Below, piece by piece: positions 17,643 to 26,844 of a stretch of DNA of 45,733 nt. Within the stretch, counting starts at the first letter, position 1; each line of letters starts with the position of its first letter. The stretch spans positions 1 to 45,733 of the forward strand of contig NJDO01000001.1 in the NCBI GenBank assembly GCA_002254385.1. The letters are read 5' to 3'. The notes beneath the pieces were generated by a model. The model did not search any database. It saw only the letters and a program-made list of their open reading frames with translations, and was not told the origin of the DNA. The DNA comes from Thermoplasmatales archaeon ex4484_6. Its GTDB lineage: Archaea; Thermoplasmatota; Penumbrarchaeia; Penumbrarchaeales; Penumbrarchaeaceae. The position numbers and the translations under genes are program-made.

Positions 17643-17820
17643 GGTATCGGGCGAAGAAAGGCCGGGGATTACTTAATCGTTTCCATCCGGGATCTTCCTT
17701 CCCTTCCGGGAAATCCGTATCACTTTCGACGCCACCCATTCACTTTCCGTCCCTGCCCGGTAGCCTTCGGTCCATCACCCGATAAAGTTATTATCGATAC
17801 AGGGTTACACCATTGATTTC

Positions 17821-17831
17821 GGAAGTGATCC
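17821..17831 (+). promoter_or_regulatory. Shine-Dalgarno GGAAGTGATCC upstream of hutH
   Basis: The same 11-mer as at rpl15e. It ends 1 nt before the ATG at 17833. Confidence 0.6.
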
Positions 17832-17832
17832 G

Positions 17833-19356
17833 ATGACAGTTATCGTTGATGGTGATGGGCTCACGATAGAGGACATCGTAAGGATAGCCAGGCGCGGTGA
17901 GAAGATGGAGTTCTCACCGGAAGCCCGGGCAAGGATCGAGAGGTGTCAGAAAATGATCACCGAGCTCGTGGCGCGGGGTGAGAAGATATATGGTGTGACG
18001 ACGGGCATAGGTGAGCTGGCATCTGTTTTCCTCACACCGGAACAGGGACTGGAGCTCCAGAAGAAGATAGTATTCTCACATTCGGCCTCCTACGGGGATG
18101 AGCTTCCGGCGGAAGAGATAAGGGCCGCAATGGCCGCGAGGGCGAACACCTGGGCGAAGGGTCATTCGGGGCTGCGTCTTGACACCGCAAGGACCTATGT
18201 CGAGATGGTCAACCGTCGTGTCACCCCCGTCGTCTACGAGAAGGGATCGGTCGGCTGCTCGGGGGATCTGAGCCCCCTTTCACAGATCGCCGAGGTACTG
18301 CTCGGGGAGGGTACGGCAACCTACGAGGGGGAGAAGGTTCCCGGAGAGAAGGCCATGAAGATGGCCGGCCTGGAACCGGTGACCCCGACCTACAAGGAGG
18401 GGTTGGCCCTGATAAACGGGACACAGGTGATGGTGGGCCAGATGGCACTCATCCTCAACGATTCCAGGGACCTCATCAAGAACGCCATCATAGCCTCCGC
18501 CATGAGCCTTGACGCTCTCAATTCGGTGGTCAAGCCGTTCGATGAGAGGGTTCACGCACTGAGACCGCACAGGGGCCAGGTCATCGTCGCTTCCCACCTG
18601 AGAAGGCTTTTCCGGGATTCGGAGATACTGTCCAATCCGTCGGGAAAGGTTCAGGACGGGTATTCCTTGAGATGTACACCCCAGGCCCTTGGTCCGACAA
18701 TAGATCTCTGGCATTATGCCAGGGATACGATAGAACTCGAACTCAACTCGGTGGTGGACAATCCCATATTCTTCCCCGACGAGATGGACCATATCGGGGC
18801 GGGGAACTTCCACGGACAGCCCATAGGAATCGCGGCGGATGTTCTGAAGATAGGGATGGCCGAGGTGTGCGACCTCTCGGAGAGACATATCAACAGACTT
18901 CTCAATCCGGCTCTGTCCGGACTTCCCGCCTTCCTGGTCGAGGGTGCCGGAATGAATTCGGGCCAGATGGTGGCACAGTACACCGCTGCGGTGATGGTGT
19001 CGGAGAACAAGGTCCTCTCCCATCCCGCATCGGTGGATTCCATCTCCGTTTCCGCGGACCAGGAGGACCATGTTTCCATGGGCCCCGTGGCCATCAGACA
19101 TCTGAAGGAGATAAACAGGAACGCCGTCGGAGTGCTGGCCATCGAGATGATGGCGGCGGCACAGGCTATGGACTTCAGGAAACCCCTGAAACCCGGAAAG
19201 GGAACCGGGGCCGCCTACGAGATGATAAGGGAGAGGGTGGACTTCATGGAGGAGGATCGTCCCCTCCATCCGGATATCAGGGCCATTTCCGATCTCATCA
19301 CCTCCGGCAGGCTCCTCGAGGCTGTTGAGAGCGAGGTCGGAGAGCTTACGATCTGA
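17833..19356 (+). CDS. hutH: Histidine ammonia-lyase family (MIO-dependent aromatic amino-acid lyase)
   Basis: 507 aa. 'IYGVTTGIGELAS', 'FSHSAS' (S-H as in HAL), an MIO-position tripeptide in 'GSVGCSGDLSPLS' (Cys142-Ser143-Gly144), 'NGTQ' and 'QEDHVSMG'. The SD GGAAGTGATCC (17821-17831) lies directly upstream of the ATG. Confidence 0.9.
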   Translation: MTVIVDGDGLTIEDIVRIARRGEKMEFSPEARARIERCQKMITELVARGEKIYGVTTGIGELASVFLTPEQGLELQKKIVFSHSASYGDELPAEEIRAAMAARANTWAKGHSGLRLDTARTYVEMVNRRVTPVVYEKGSVGCSGDLSPLSQIAEVLLGEGTATYEGEKVPGEKAMKMAGLEPVTPTYKEGLALINGTQVMVGQMALILNDSRDLIKNAIIASAMSLDALNSVVKPFDERVHALRPHRGQVIVASHLRRLFRDSEILSNPSGKVQDGYSLRCTPQALGPTIDLWHYARDTIELELNSVVDNPIFFPDEMDHIGAGNFHGQPIGIAADVLKIGMAEVCDLSERHINRLLNPALSGLPAFLVEGAGMNSGQMVAQYTAAVMVSENKVLSHPASVDSISVSADQEDHVSMGPVAIRHLKEINRNAVGVLAIEMMAAAQAMDFRKPLKPGKGTGAAYEMIRERVDFMEEDRPLHPDIRAISDLITSGRLLEAVESEVGELTI

Positions 19357-19524
19357 GACCCATTCCCCGCATGGCCCCCCGTCTCTGGCCAATCCAGCAC
19401 CATTTCCCTTCATGGAAAATTAAATATGTTAAAACGATAATACTTCACAGGCTCAACCAAACTACTGCCACCAGTGTGTCAAGTGGTCAGGTTTCCTAAT
19501 AGAGATGTGTGTCAGGTGGGGCAT

Positions 19525-22500
19525 ATGATGATTCGAAAAACGTTCTTGGTAGCTGTGTCAGTCTTGGTCTTAGTGGGTGTTCCTATCTTCAGCCTAACCT
19601 CCGTGGAGGGAGCTGGCGATGGTCAGGATCTTGGTCCCGGAGCAACCACTGTTACAACTGATTACGAGGTTCTATCCGGAGAGACGAAAGAGATCACCGA
19701 TGAGGATTGGGAGCTCAATGCGAACATATATGTACGCAATGGAGGAACGCTCTACATAAACAATACGAAGATAAAATGGGGAGGGACCACAGATGGCGAA
19801 TATGGCCTGTATGTGGACAACGGCGGTGTCCTGTACATCGATCAGAACTGCAATTTCACAGCTCAGGATACCACAACCCATCAATATAGGGAGAAGGTCA
19901 TTGGTACGAACACTTATGTAATGGAATCCTGGGGGGTACACTGGAAATTCTATGTGAGGGGGACCGCCAGGATCAACAATTCGTATTTCGGCTATATGTG
20001 GGGGGAGACTGGTGGCTACATCACGGACCATGAAGGTGGGATCGTATGTGCCAGTGATGACATAATCATCTACAATTGCGTGATCCAATATACCGAGTGC
20101 AACGCCATCGCGATCCTGAATCCTGATCTGGCGGATTATCAGAGCCAGGGTGATGGTTTCTCGCCCAGGATAGATAGGGTTACAATTGACAACACCACCC
20201 GGTACGGCATATTTGTCGGTGGTGACAAGAGTTCTCCCACCATCACCAATTCAACGGTAAGGGGAGCACCTGTTCAGGGCATCACTTACTTTGTGGGGGC
20301 TGACGGGTATTTGAATGACACCACCATTTCCGGTTGCGAGGATGGTCTGGAACTGGATCCAGTAACAGGCAGCGGATATTCCGCCACGCTGCTTGTCAAC
20401 AGATGTCATTTCGATGGAAACAACAATTCTGGATTCATAGCAGGACGCGGGGGAACGGTGAAGTTCCGCAACTCCACGTTCAACAACAACAAGGGGCCAG
20501 GGGTGATAATGCAGGTATCCACCTCCAGCGGAATACAGTCCATAGAGATCTACGATTCCGAGGTGAAGAATAACGCAAAGGAAGGGTTGACAGCATTGGT
20601 TAATACGGTATCAGCAATAATTCAGAACGTCGAGATTGCAGAGAATGGAGGTAACGGGATATGGCTTCCGGCCACTTCCAACTCTGCTCCTTATATTGTA
20701 GATTCAAGTATCCACGATAACGGTAGATACGGTATCTATTCCAACGGTAGCGCGGGATATGTTCAGGGAACGGAGCTTTACAGGAATGATCTGGGGAATA
20801 TATTTGCGGTAAATGGATCCACGATCTCCATTTCGTCAAGTGACATCCATCATGCCGATTACGGAATAAAGGTCCTGGATGCGGCACCGTCTATCTCGGA
20901 TAATGATCTAAGATTGAACGGTGTGGGAGTGAATCTTGATGGATCCGGTGCCCTCTCCTTGGGAGGAAACACCTTCTTCTCCAACGAGATAGGCCTGTTT
21001 TCAAGAGTGGATGACGTCGCTGTCCAGCAAAACAATTTCGACAGTCATTCGTCGAACACTGCGATGATTCTCGATCTCAGGGGAGATAAAACAGCAAATG
21101 TGAGGTTCTGCAACTTCACGAACAACAAGGATGCCGTGAAAATTTACGGAGGCGAAGTTGCAAGGTTCCAGAATATTAGTGTCACCGGATCATCGGGCAG
21201 CGCCCTGTTCGGTCGATACGGGGCGAACTTCACCGTGCGGACCTCCGAATTCTCCGGGAACACCATGGACTTCATCCTGAACGATGCTTCAACGGGAAAG
21301 GCCTTTTCTTGCGGAACACCTTCCTCCAAGGTCACGATACAGGATAGGGATTCCGAATTCTGGCATTACTGGAGGGTTTCCGTGGAGGTCATGAACAACG
21401 TTACCCTTGCCCCGGTGACCGATGCCAACATGGTGATATATTCCGATGAAGGGGAGGCCCTGGCATCGGAAGAAACCTTCTTCGACGGCACCGCAGCGGT
21501 TGATTCCCCGCAGTACATGATCGATGGTTCGGGGATGACCAGCTACATGCCGGTCAATCTTACGGTGGCCAAGGAGAACTACATACCTTTCTGGGAACCC
21601 GACCTTCCGAACACGGAGGACCATCATGAGGTGGTGTACCTGGCTGAGAACAGGGCCCCGTCGCTTCCGTTCCCGCCGGGAAACCAGCCGACAATCACTC
21701 ATCAGAACAGGCCCCTTTTGACATGGCTTCCTCCTTACGACTGGAATCAGGATAAGATAGGATACAAGGTAAACGTGTGGCAGGATGACATGAGCACCGG
21801 ACAGCACGTGGTCGTCGACGCCATTGTCCACAATCCCCAGTACATGTTCAGGAAGAACCTGAGATACAACCACGAATTCTGGGTCGAGGTGGTCGCATTC
21901 GATCCATGGGGCCTCAGCGACACCACGGTGTTCAGCTTCAGGACGGTGAACACTCCCCCAACATCCCCGGTGGCTTCCTTCGTTGAAGCCCCGGTCCCTT
22001 CACTTGTGGACCTTGAGGTTCGGATAGACAATGCTTCGACGGATTCTGACACGAATCCCGTCGATAACATCACATATCTCGTGGAATGGTATGCCTTCAG
22101 GGAGGACACCTGGGTCATTATCATGTCGGGTTCGAACCAGTTCATACTGGACCACAATCTTACTTTCGAGGGCGACAAGATAAGGGCGGTAATCAAGCCG
22201 TTCGACGGTATCGAATACGGTGTTCCGGTGACCCTCGAGACCCAGGTTGTGAACTTCGTCCCGCATGCTCTTGTGGATTATGTCGAGATAGAACTTAACG
22301 AGGATGAACCTGCAACCGGTCTCATCAATCTGTCGGCACTGTTCACGGACAGGGACGGTGACGATCTCTCTTTCAACGTTAAGATACAGAGAAACGTCGG
22401 CGCGGAGATCGACAAGGTGACGAACGCGATCACCTTCATACCGGATCCGAACTGGATGGGCAAGGATTACCTGATCATCGAAGCGCTTGACTCCAAGCCC

Positions 22501-23826
22501 CACGCCGAGGACAATCCCACAATTCAGGTAAATATAACCGTGAAAGGTGTGAACGATGCTCCTGTCATCACCGAGGTAAACGACAAGGTGGTGGAAAAGG
22601 GTTCCATATCCCTTGTTCAGGACATCCAGGGCGCGACCGCCGTCATCACGGTGAAGGGTTACGACCCCGATGAGCTTTACGGTGATTCCTACGAGTTCTC
22701 AACGAACTTCCTGGATGTCATCGGTGAAGGGATCCTGGATGAGGACGACTTCATGTTCGAGAGGACCACCGGCAGAATGTCCGTCTTCCTGAAGAACGCC
22801 ATTGTGGGAGAACATATCTTCAACATCACCGTCACGGATGAAGCCGGGCTTTCCTCATCGACACCCATAAAACTTCTCGTCGAGAACAGGAACGACGCTC
22901 CGACCGTTCCGGAGATAATCTCCCACACGAACGGAGAGGTTGTCAAGCTTCCGCCCGGCGAGAACAAGATAACTTTCTCGGCTTCGCCGGCAGACGATCC
23001 GGACCTTCACATACCCGACTCGGAAGAACATCTCGAATATGATTGGAACTTCGGAGAGGGATGGATCGAGAACATAGGGTTCGAGAACGTCGAGGCCGAG
23101 TTCCCCGTATCGGGTGAATACGAGATACGGGTGAGGGTGAGGGATTCGATGGGTCTCTACGAGGAATCCTCCATAAAGATCATGGTGAACGTTACCGCGG
23201 AGTCGATCCAGTTTGCGGAACAGACAGAGAAGACCTTCTTCGAGGAGTGGGGTCTGATATTGATACTTGCCATCATAGCGGTTATCGTCATCGCAGTGAT
23301 ACTCTTCCTGGTGTTCAGAAAGGATGAGCTCTCCGACACTGCCAAGGAGGTGGAACAGGAACACGAGGCTCTGGTTGCCAAGCAGCAGGAGGAGGCATTG
23401 ATGGCCCAGGAAAAGCTCCAGGCATTGATGTCCGGGACACCCTATCCGGAGACCACGGGACCGGCCCTGCCTTCCGCAGGGGAGGGGGTGCCATCATACG
23501 AGGCCCTGCCCTCAGCGGAAACGGAGGGAGCTCCTCCGCAGGAAGGTGCGGTGGAGGGATATCAGGAACAGCCTCCCGTGCCTGGATATGAGCAGCAGCC
23601 CCCCGCCGAGCCGGGCTATGAACAGCCACCTGCACCTGCCTATCAGCCTCCGGCAATGGAAGAGCAGCCCATGCAGGCTCCACCCACGGAGATGCCGCCC
23701 GGCACCCCGGAGGAGCAGCCTCCGGCAGCTCCCGAACCGGCGGTACCCGGAGCGGTTCCCCCGACACAGCCTCAGGAAGGCCAGGACCCGACATACCTGC
23801 CTCCGCCCGAAGAGCAGCAGCAGTAA
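19525..23826 (+). CDS. Giant surface protein: signal peptide, beta-helix repeats, Ig/cadherin-like domains, PKD domain, TM helix and a 169-aa cytoplasmic Pro/Gln/Glu-rich tail
   Basis: The ATG at 19525 gives 'MMIRKTFLVAVSVLVLVGVPIFSLTSVEG'. PbH1-like turns include 'NSGFIAG', 'NKGPGVIM', 'NAKEGL', 'NGGNGIW' and 'NGRYGIYS'. Domain boundaries read 'VNTPP', 'VNDAP' and 'RNDAP'. 'EYDWNFGEG...YEIRVRVRDSMG' is a PKD signature. TM helix 'WGLILILAIIAVIVIAVILFLVF'. Confidence 0.85.
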   Translation: MMIRKTFLVAVSVLVLVGVPIFSLTSVEGAGDGQDLGPGATTVTTDYEVLSGETKEITDEDWELNANIYVRNGGTLYINNTKIKWGGTTDGEYGLYVDNGGVLYIDQNCNFTAQDTTTHQYREKVIGTNTYVMESWGVHWKFYVRGTARINNSYFGYMWGETGGYITDHEGGIVCASDDIIIYNCVIQYTECNAIAILNPDLADYQSQGDGFSPRIDRVTIDNTTRYGIFVGGDKSSPTITNSTVRGAPVQGITYFVGADGYLNDTTISGCEDGLELDPVTGSGYSATLLVNRCHFDGNNNSGFIAGRGGTVKFRNSTFNNNKGPGVIMQVSTSSGIQSIEIYDSEVKNNAKEGLTALVNTVSAIIQNVEIAENGGNGIWLPATSNSAPYIVDSSIHDNGRYGIYSNGSAGYVQGTELYRNDLGNIFAVNGSTISISSSDIHHADYGIKVLDAAPSISDNDLRLNGVGVNLDGSGALSLGGNTFFSNEIGLFSRVDDVAVQQNNFDSHSSNTAMILDLRGDKTANVRFCNFTNNKDAVKIYGGEVARFQNISVTGSSGSALFGRYGANFTVRTSEFSGNTMDFILNDASTGKAFSCGTPSSKVTIQDRDSEFWHYWRVSVEVMNNVTLAPVTDANMVIYSDEGEALASEETFFDGTAAVDSPQYMIDGSGMTSYMPVNLTVAKENYIPFWEPDLPNTEDHHEVVYLAENRAPSLPFPPGNQPTITHQNRPLLTWLPPYDWNQDKIGYKVNVWQDDMSTGQHVVVDAIVHNPQYMFRKNLRYNHEFWVEVVAFDPWGLSDTTVFSFRTVNTPPTSPVASFVEAPVPSLVDLEVRIDNASTDSDTNPVDNITYLVEWYAFREDTWVIIMSGSNQFILDHNLTFEGDKIRAVIKPFDGIEYGVPVTLETQVVNFVPHALVDYVEIELNEDEPATGLINLSALFTDRDGDDLSFNVKIQRNVGAEIDKVTNAITFIPDPNWMGKDYLIIEALDSKPHAEDNPTIQVNITVKGVNDAPVITEVNDKVVEKGSISLVQDIQGATAVITVKGYDPDELYGDSYEFSTNFLDVIGEGILDEDDFMFERTTGRMSVFLKNAIVGEHIFNITVTDEAGLSSSTPIKLLVENRNDAPTVPEIISHTNGEVVKLPPGENKITFSASPADDPDLHIPDSEEHLEYDWNFGEGWIENIGFENVEAEFPVSGEYEIRVRVRDSMGLYEESSIKIMVNVTAESIQFAEQTEKTFFEEWGLILILAIIAVIVIAVILFLVFRKDELSDTAKEVEQEHEALVAKQQEEALMAQEKLQALMSGTPYPETTGPALPSAGEGVPSYEALPSAETEGAPPQEGAVEGYQEQPPVPGYEQQPPAEPGYEQPPAPAYQPPAMEEQPMQAPPTEMPPGTPEEQPPAAPEPAVPGAVPPTQPQEGQDPTYLPPPEEQQQ
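23317..23823 (+). other. Low-complexity Pro/Gln/Glu-rich cytoplasmic tail (169 aa) of the 19525-23826 protein
   Basis: Downstream of the TM helix there is a heptad-like 'EVEQEHEALVAKQQEEALMAQEKLQALM', followed by 'PGYEQQPPAEPGYEQPPAPAYQPPAMEEQP...PPPEEQQQ'. Confidence 0.75.
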
Positions 23827-23846
23827 AGAGTATGAAACGGTAAGGA

Positions 23847-23873
23847 AGTGGGGGCCATGCCCCCACTCTTTTC
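23847..23873. terminator. Bidirectional hairpin terminator between the convergent 19525 giant gene and birA
   Basis: AGTGGGGGC-cat-GCCCCCACT (9-bp GC-rich stem), followed by CTTTTC on the + strand. Confidence 0.55.
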
Positions 23874-23923
23874 AACCTGATCCATAGATATAACTCGGGC
23901 CGAAAACGGTCTAATCGAACCTT

Positions 23924-24745
23924 TCATGCGCTCAATTTGATGCAGTCCCCCGACGAGATCCTTTCGAGTCCGCTGTCGGTCCTGACGACAAGTGCACCCG
24001 TCTGGTCGAGTCCAAGGGCCCTCCCGAAAACATCCCCCCCGCTGGTCAGGACCCTTACCTCCTCACCGATGGTATCGGATCTGCTGCTCCACTGGTCCAG
24101 AAGGTCCTCTTTCTGTCCGTCGATGAACTGGGAGTAAACGAGATCCAGGAAATAGAGCAGGTCTCTTGCGAACTGGTTCGGGTCTATATCCGTTCCGGAG
24201 ACATCCCTGAGGGATGTGGAGCTCTGCCTGATATCTTCGGGGAGATCATCCAGCGATGTATTGACGTTGATGCCTATTCCGACAATGACATGTTCCACGT
24301 TTCTTCCCTTGACGGACGATCTCGTCATGATGCCCGAAACCTTCTTTCCATCGATGAGCACATCATTCGGCCATTTCAGTCTTGCCTCGGTGAATGTCGT
24401 GCACTGTATGGCCTTGGATACTGCGAGCCCCATCACCAGGGGGAGCACGGAAATCTCGTCGGGTCCCAGGCTGGGTCTGAGCACGATGGAGAGATAGATC
24501 CCACCCCTGGGGGAGTGGAACCTTCTTTCATTCCTCCCCTTTCCCTCGCTCTGGGAGTTTGCAATGATGACGGTTCCTTCCCGGGCCCCTCCTTCCGCCA
24601 TCTCCCGGGCCAGTTCGTTGGTGGATGTCACGACGTCGTGAAAGTGGATGATGCGGCCTATGGTCCGGGTTGTGAGACCCTTCACACATGCATCCTTCTC
24701 AATATCTATCGAGGTCAATCCAACCACGACCGTGTCGTCACTCAA
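23924..24745 (-). CDS. birA: Biotin--[acetyl-CoA-carboxylase] ligase (group I, no HTH)
   Basis: 'VTSTNELA', 'SQSEGKGRNERRFHSPRGGIYLSIVL' (GRGR..R.W.SP.G-type biotin loop) and 'KWPNDVLIDGKKVSGI'. The start is non-ATG: a TTG at 24745 overlaps the TGA of the upstream CBS gene, and the first in-frame ATG would delete conserved N-terminal residues. Confidence 0.88.
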   Translation of the reverse strand: MSDDTVVVGLTSIDIEKDACVKGLTTRTIGRIIHFHDVVTSTNELAREMAEGGAREGTVIIANSQSEGKGRNERRFHSPRGGIYLSIVLRPSLGPDEISVLPLVMGLAVSKAIQCTTFTEARLKWPNDVLIDGKKVSGIMTRSSVKGRNVEHVIVGIGINVNTSLDDLPEDIRQSSTSLRDVSGTDIDPNQFARDLLYFLDLVYSQFIDGQKEDLLDQWSSRSDTIGEEVRVLTSGGDVFGRALGLDQTGALVVRTDSGLERISSGDCIKLSA

Positions 24746-25581
24746 TCGAAGAGTGTTCTCAGCAGGTCCATATCATATATCATCGCATGGATGTGGTCAT
24801 CCTTGTCAACGACGGGCATCTGGTCGTAATCCTTCCTTCTCATCGTCCTGGCGGCCTCCCATACGGGGGCCCTTCTGTAGATTGTGGACAGATCCCTTGA
24901 CATGAACTTCTCTATTGGATCCCTGGGAAGGTCGATCTTTGCCTCCTGGTAGTAGAGGTTCATCACGTTCCTCAGCCCCTCCCAGGTCCAGGAATCCTCA
25001 TCCTCCGATATCCCGAGTGTGGTGAGAGTGACGTTCTCCCCGAGGTATTTGAAGTCGAAAAGGTCCCGGTCGGTCACCAGTCCGCAGAGTTCGGCATCAT
25101 CGTCCAGAACCGGCATGGCGTAGACCTTTGACAGATTGATCATGGTGGCTGCAACGTTTGCGGGAGTGCACTTGTGGATGCATACGGTGTGGGAGCGGAT
25201 GAGATCCTCCACCGGAAGGTCTATCTTCCTCTTCTCCACGACCTTCAGCATATCGGAGGGTGTGATGAGGCCGACGATCTCTCCCTTTCTGACAACGGGC
25301 AGCCTCCGGATGTTTTCCTCGAACATCAACCTTGCCGCCTTCTCCAAGGTCGTGTTGGGAGATGCCGTCGGGACATCCCATTCCATGAGAACCGCCACCT
25401 GTTCCTCCTCCGGGTTATCGAAGATATCCTTTCTGGTGATCATCCCCAGAACCTTGTTGTTCTCGTCGACAACGGGTAGACCTGTCCTCTTGTTCTTTAC
25501 AAGCAGGGAGAGTACCTCATCCCTTGTTGTGGGCAGTCTTGCAACTATGGGTTCCGGGACCATTACTTCCGAGATGTTCAT
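24742..25581 (-). CDS. CBS-domain protein (four CBS motifs, two Bateman modules)
   Basis: Repeated 'V..IM......V.......V..LL.......LPVVD....L.G.IT..D' units. I chose the ATG at 25581 because GGAGG lies 9 nt upstream, and the longer ORF-track start would overlap the upstream gene. Confidence 0.85.
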   Translation of the reverse strand: MNISEVMVPEPIVARLPTTRDEVLSLLVKNKRTGLPVVDENNKVLGMITRKDIFDNPEEEQVAVLMEWDVPTASPNTTLEKAARLMFEENIRRLPVVRKGEIVGLITPSDMLKVVEKRKIDLPVEDLIRSHTVCIHKCTPANVAATMINLSKVYAMPVLDDDAELCGLVTDRDLFDFKYLGENVTLTTLGISEDEDSWTWEGLRNVMNLYYQEAKIDLPRDPIEKFMSRDLSTIYRRAPVWEAARTMRRKDYDQMPVVDKDDHIHAMIYDMDLLRTLFD

Positions 25582-25622
25582 GGGTTCGTACCTCCGGTTC
25601 ACTAGCCATCTTGGAATTGGTA

Positions 25623-26756
25623 TTAAAGGCTTTTGAGACGTCTGCGGGGAGGGGTTTTCGACCACGGTCCGGTCCACAGAACATCCTCGCTCCCCGCGAA
25701 CCTCACGATGTGGGATACGGGATCGGCGGTCATCTCGCCGACCCCGGTATCGATGATGAGAAGATGTGCCTCATCTCCCACACGGGGCCATCCGCTCCCC
25801 CACATCCTGCCCCCTCCAGGGAGCTTGTTCAGGAGGGATGATCCGGCAAGTGAGGCTCCCGCAGCCATCATGAAAACCCTGTAAGCCGCCTCGCTGCCCT
25901 CCATGCCGGCGGTTCTGAGCAGCATCCACGCCTCCTCCATCTCCCTGAACATGTCCTGTCTGACCGAGAGGGCATTGTCCGTTCCCAGACCGATCATCAG
26001 CCCCTCGTCCATCATCCGTGGGAGGGGCACACCGAGGGAGAAGGTCCGATTTGCCCGGGGGCATACCGCCACCGGAATATTCCTTTCGGCAAGCGCCCTC
26101 CAATCGTCCCGGGTTCCGGAAACCATATGCACCACGAGGTCCGGGTCAAGTTCGAGAAGCCTGTCCATATCTTCCCTGAAAAGTTCGGAGGCATGCAGGG
26201 CAAATACCTTCCCTTCATTCCTGCAGAGCTCCCTCAATTCCGGGGTACAGCTCTCCAGAGAGGGCATTCCAAGACCGTCGGAGGTATCTATCAGCGTTTC
26301 CGGGTCATCTCCCTTTTCCGGCCTTCCGAGGGGATGTATCCTGGGTCCCGTATCTTCTGATGCTGCCCTCAGGACCTTCACACCCTCGATCCCCCCCTCC
26401 CTGAAATCAAGGACCCGGGTGGTGCCCGTCGACAGCTCCCTTATGGAGGCTCTGATGGAGGAGAGGAGGGAAGCTCCGGACGCGTTCTCCAGAAAGCGGT
26501 GTTTGAGCCCCCCGGGAAGTACGGTATCCTCCAGGGAGGGCGGGAGATGACCTCTTGCGCCATGATCTCCCAGATGCGCATGCATGTCGAAAAGACCGGG
26601 GTAGATCGATCCCCTCACGACCTCACCGTCTCCATCCCTGACGGTCTCTCCAATGTCAACGTACTCTATCCTGCCATCCACGACACCGATGGTGCATCTC
26701 TCGTGACCGTCGGGCAGGATGAGGTCTCCGGTGAGGATGGTTCTCCCCATGTCCAT
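25623..26756 (-). CDS. Metal-dependent amidohydrolase (chlorohydrolase/deaminase ATZ-TRZ/SsnA-like)
   Basis: 'GLFDMHAHLGDH' (HxH), 'FALHASE', 'LVVHMV' and 'GLGTDNA' (the Asp ligand) are in the canonical order. The ATG at 26756 (or 26750) is about 24 nt from the shared TATA 26776-26783. Confidence 0.85.
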   Translation of the reverse strand: MDMGRTILTGDLILPDGHERCTIGVVDGRIEYVDIGETVRDGDGEVVRGSIYPGLFDMHAHLGDHGARGHLPPSLEDTVLPGGLKHRFLENASGASLLSSIRASIRELSTGTTRVLDFREGGIEGVKVLRAASEDTGPRIHPLGRPEKGDDPETLIDTSDGLGMPSLESCTPELRELCRNEGKVFALHASELFREDMDRLLELDPDLVVHMVSGTRDDWRALAERNIPVAVCPRANRTFSLGVPLPRMMDEGLMIGLGTDNALSVRQDMFREMEEAWMLLRTAGMEGSEAAYRVFMMAAGASLAGSSLLNKLPGGGRMWGSGWPRVGDEAHLLIIDTGVGEMTADPVSHIVRFAGSEDVLWTGPWSKTPPRRRLKSL

Positions 26757-26844
26757 GAATCCCGCATGGCCTTGATTATATTTGTGTGTGAGGATGGGGG
26801 AACAATCAATATCGTTATTTGCCAACAATGCAATCGGGACATGG
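26757..26844. promoter_or_regulatory. Divergent promoter region (amidohydrolase operon / glycan operon)
   Basis: TTATATTT (26776-26783) lies about 24 nt from the minus-strand ATG at 26756. GTTATTTG (26813-26820) lies 25-32 nt from the plus-strand ATG at 26845. Confidence 0.45.

Noticed and set aside
17418-17816. Plus-strand ORFs of 132 and 80 aa in the regulator-hutH spacer.
   Set aside because: Their composition is Arg/Ser/Pro/Gly-rich and they have no start-context signals. They overlap the better-supported minus-strand small ORF and the hutH promoter/SD region.
19525-21400. Visibly A/T-richer 5' parts of the beta-helix genes (also about 38400-39300), considered as evidence for horizontal transfer or mosaicism.
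   Set aside because: The beta-helix turns are rich in Asn, Ile, Ser, Thr and Gly, whose codons include AAY and ATH. The composition shift is therefore explained by amino-acid usage. It cannot be separated from HGT without a codon-level calculation.
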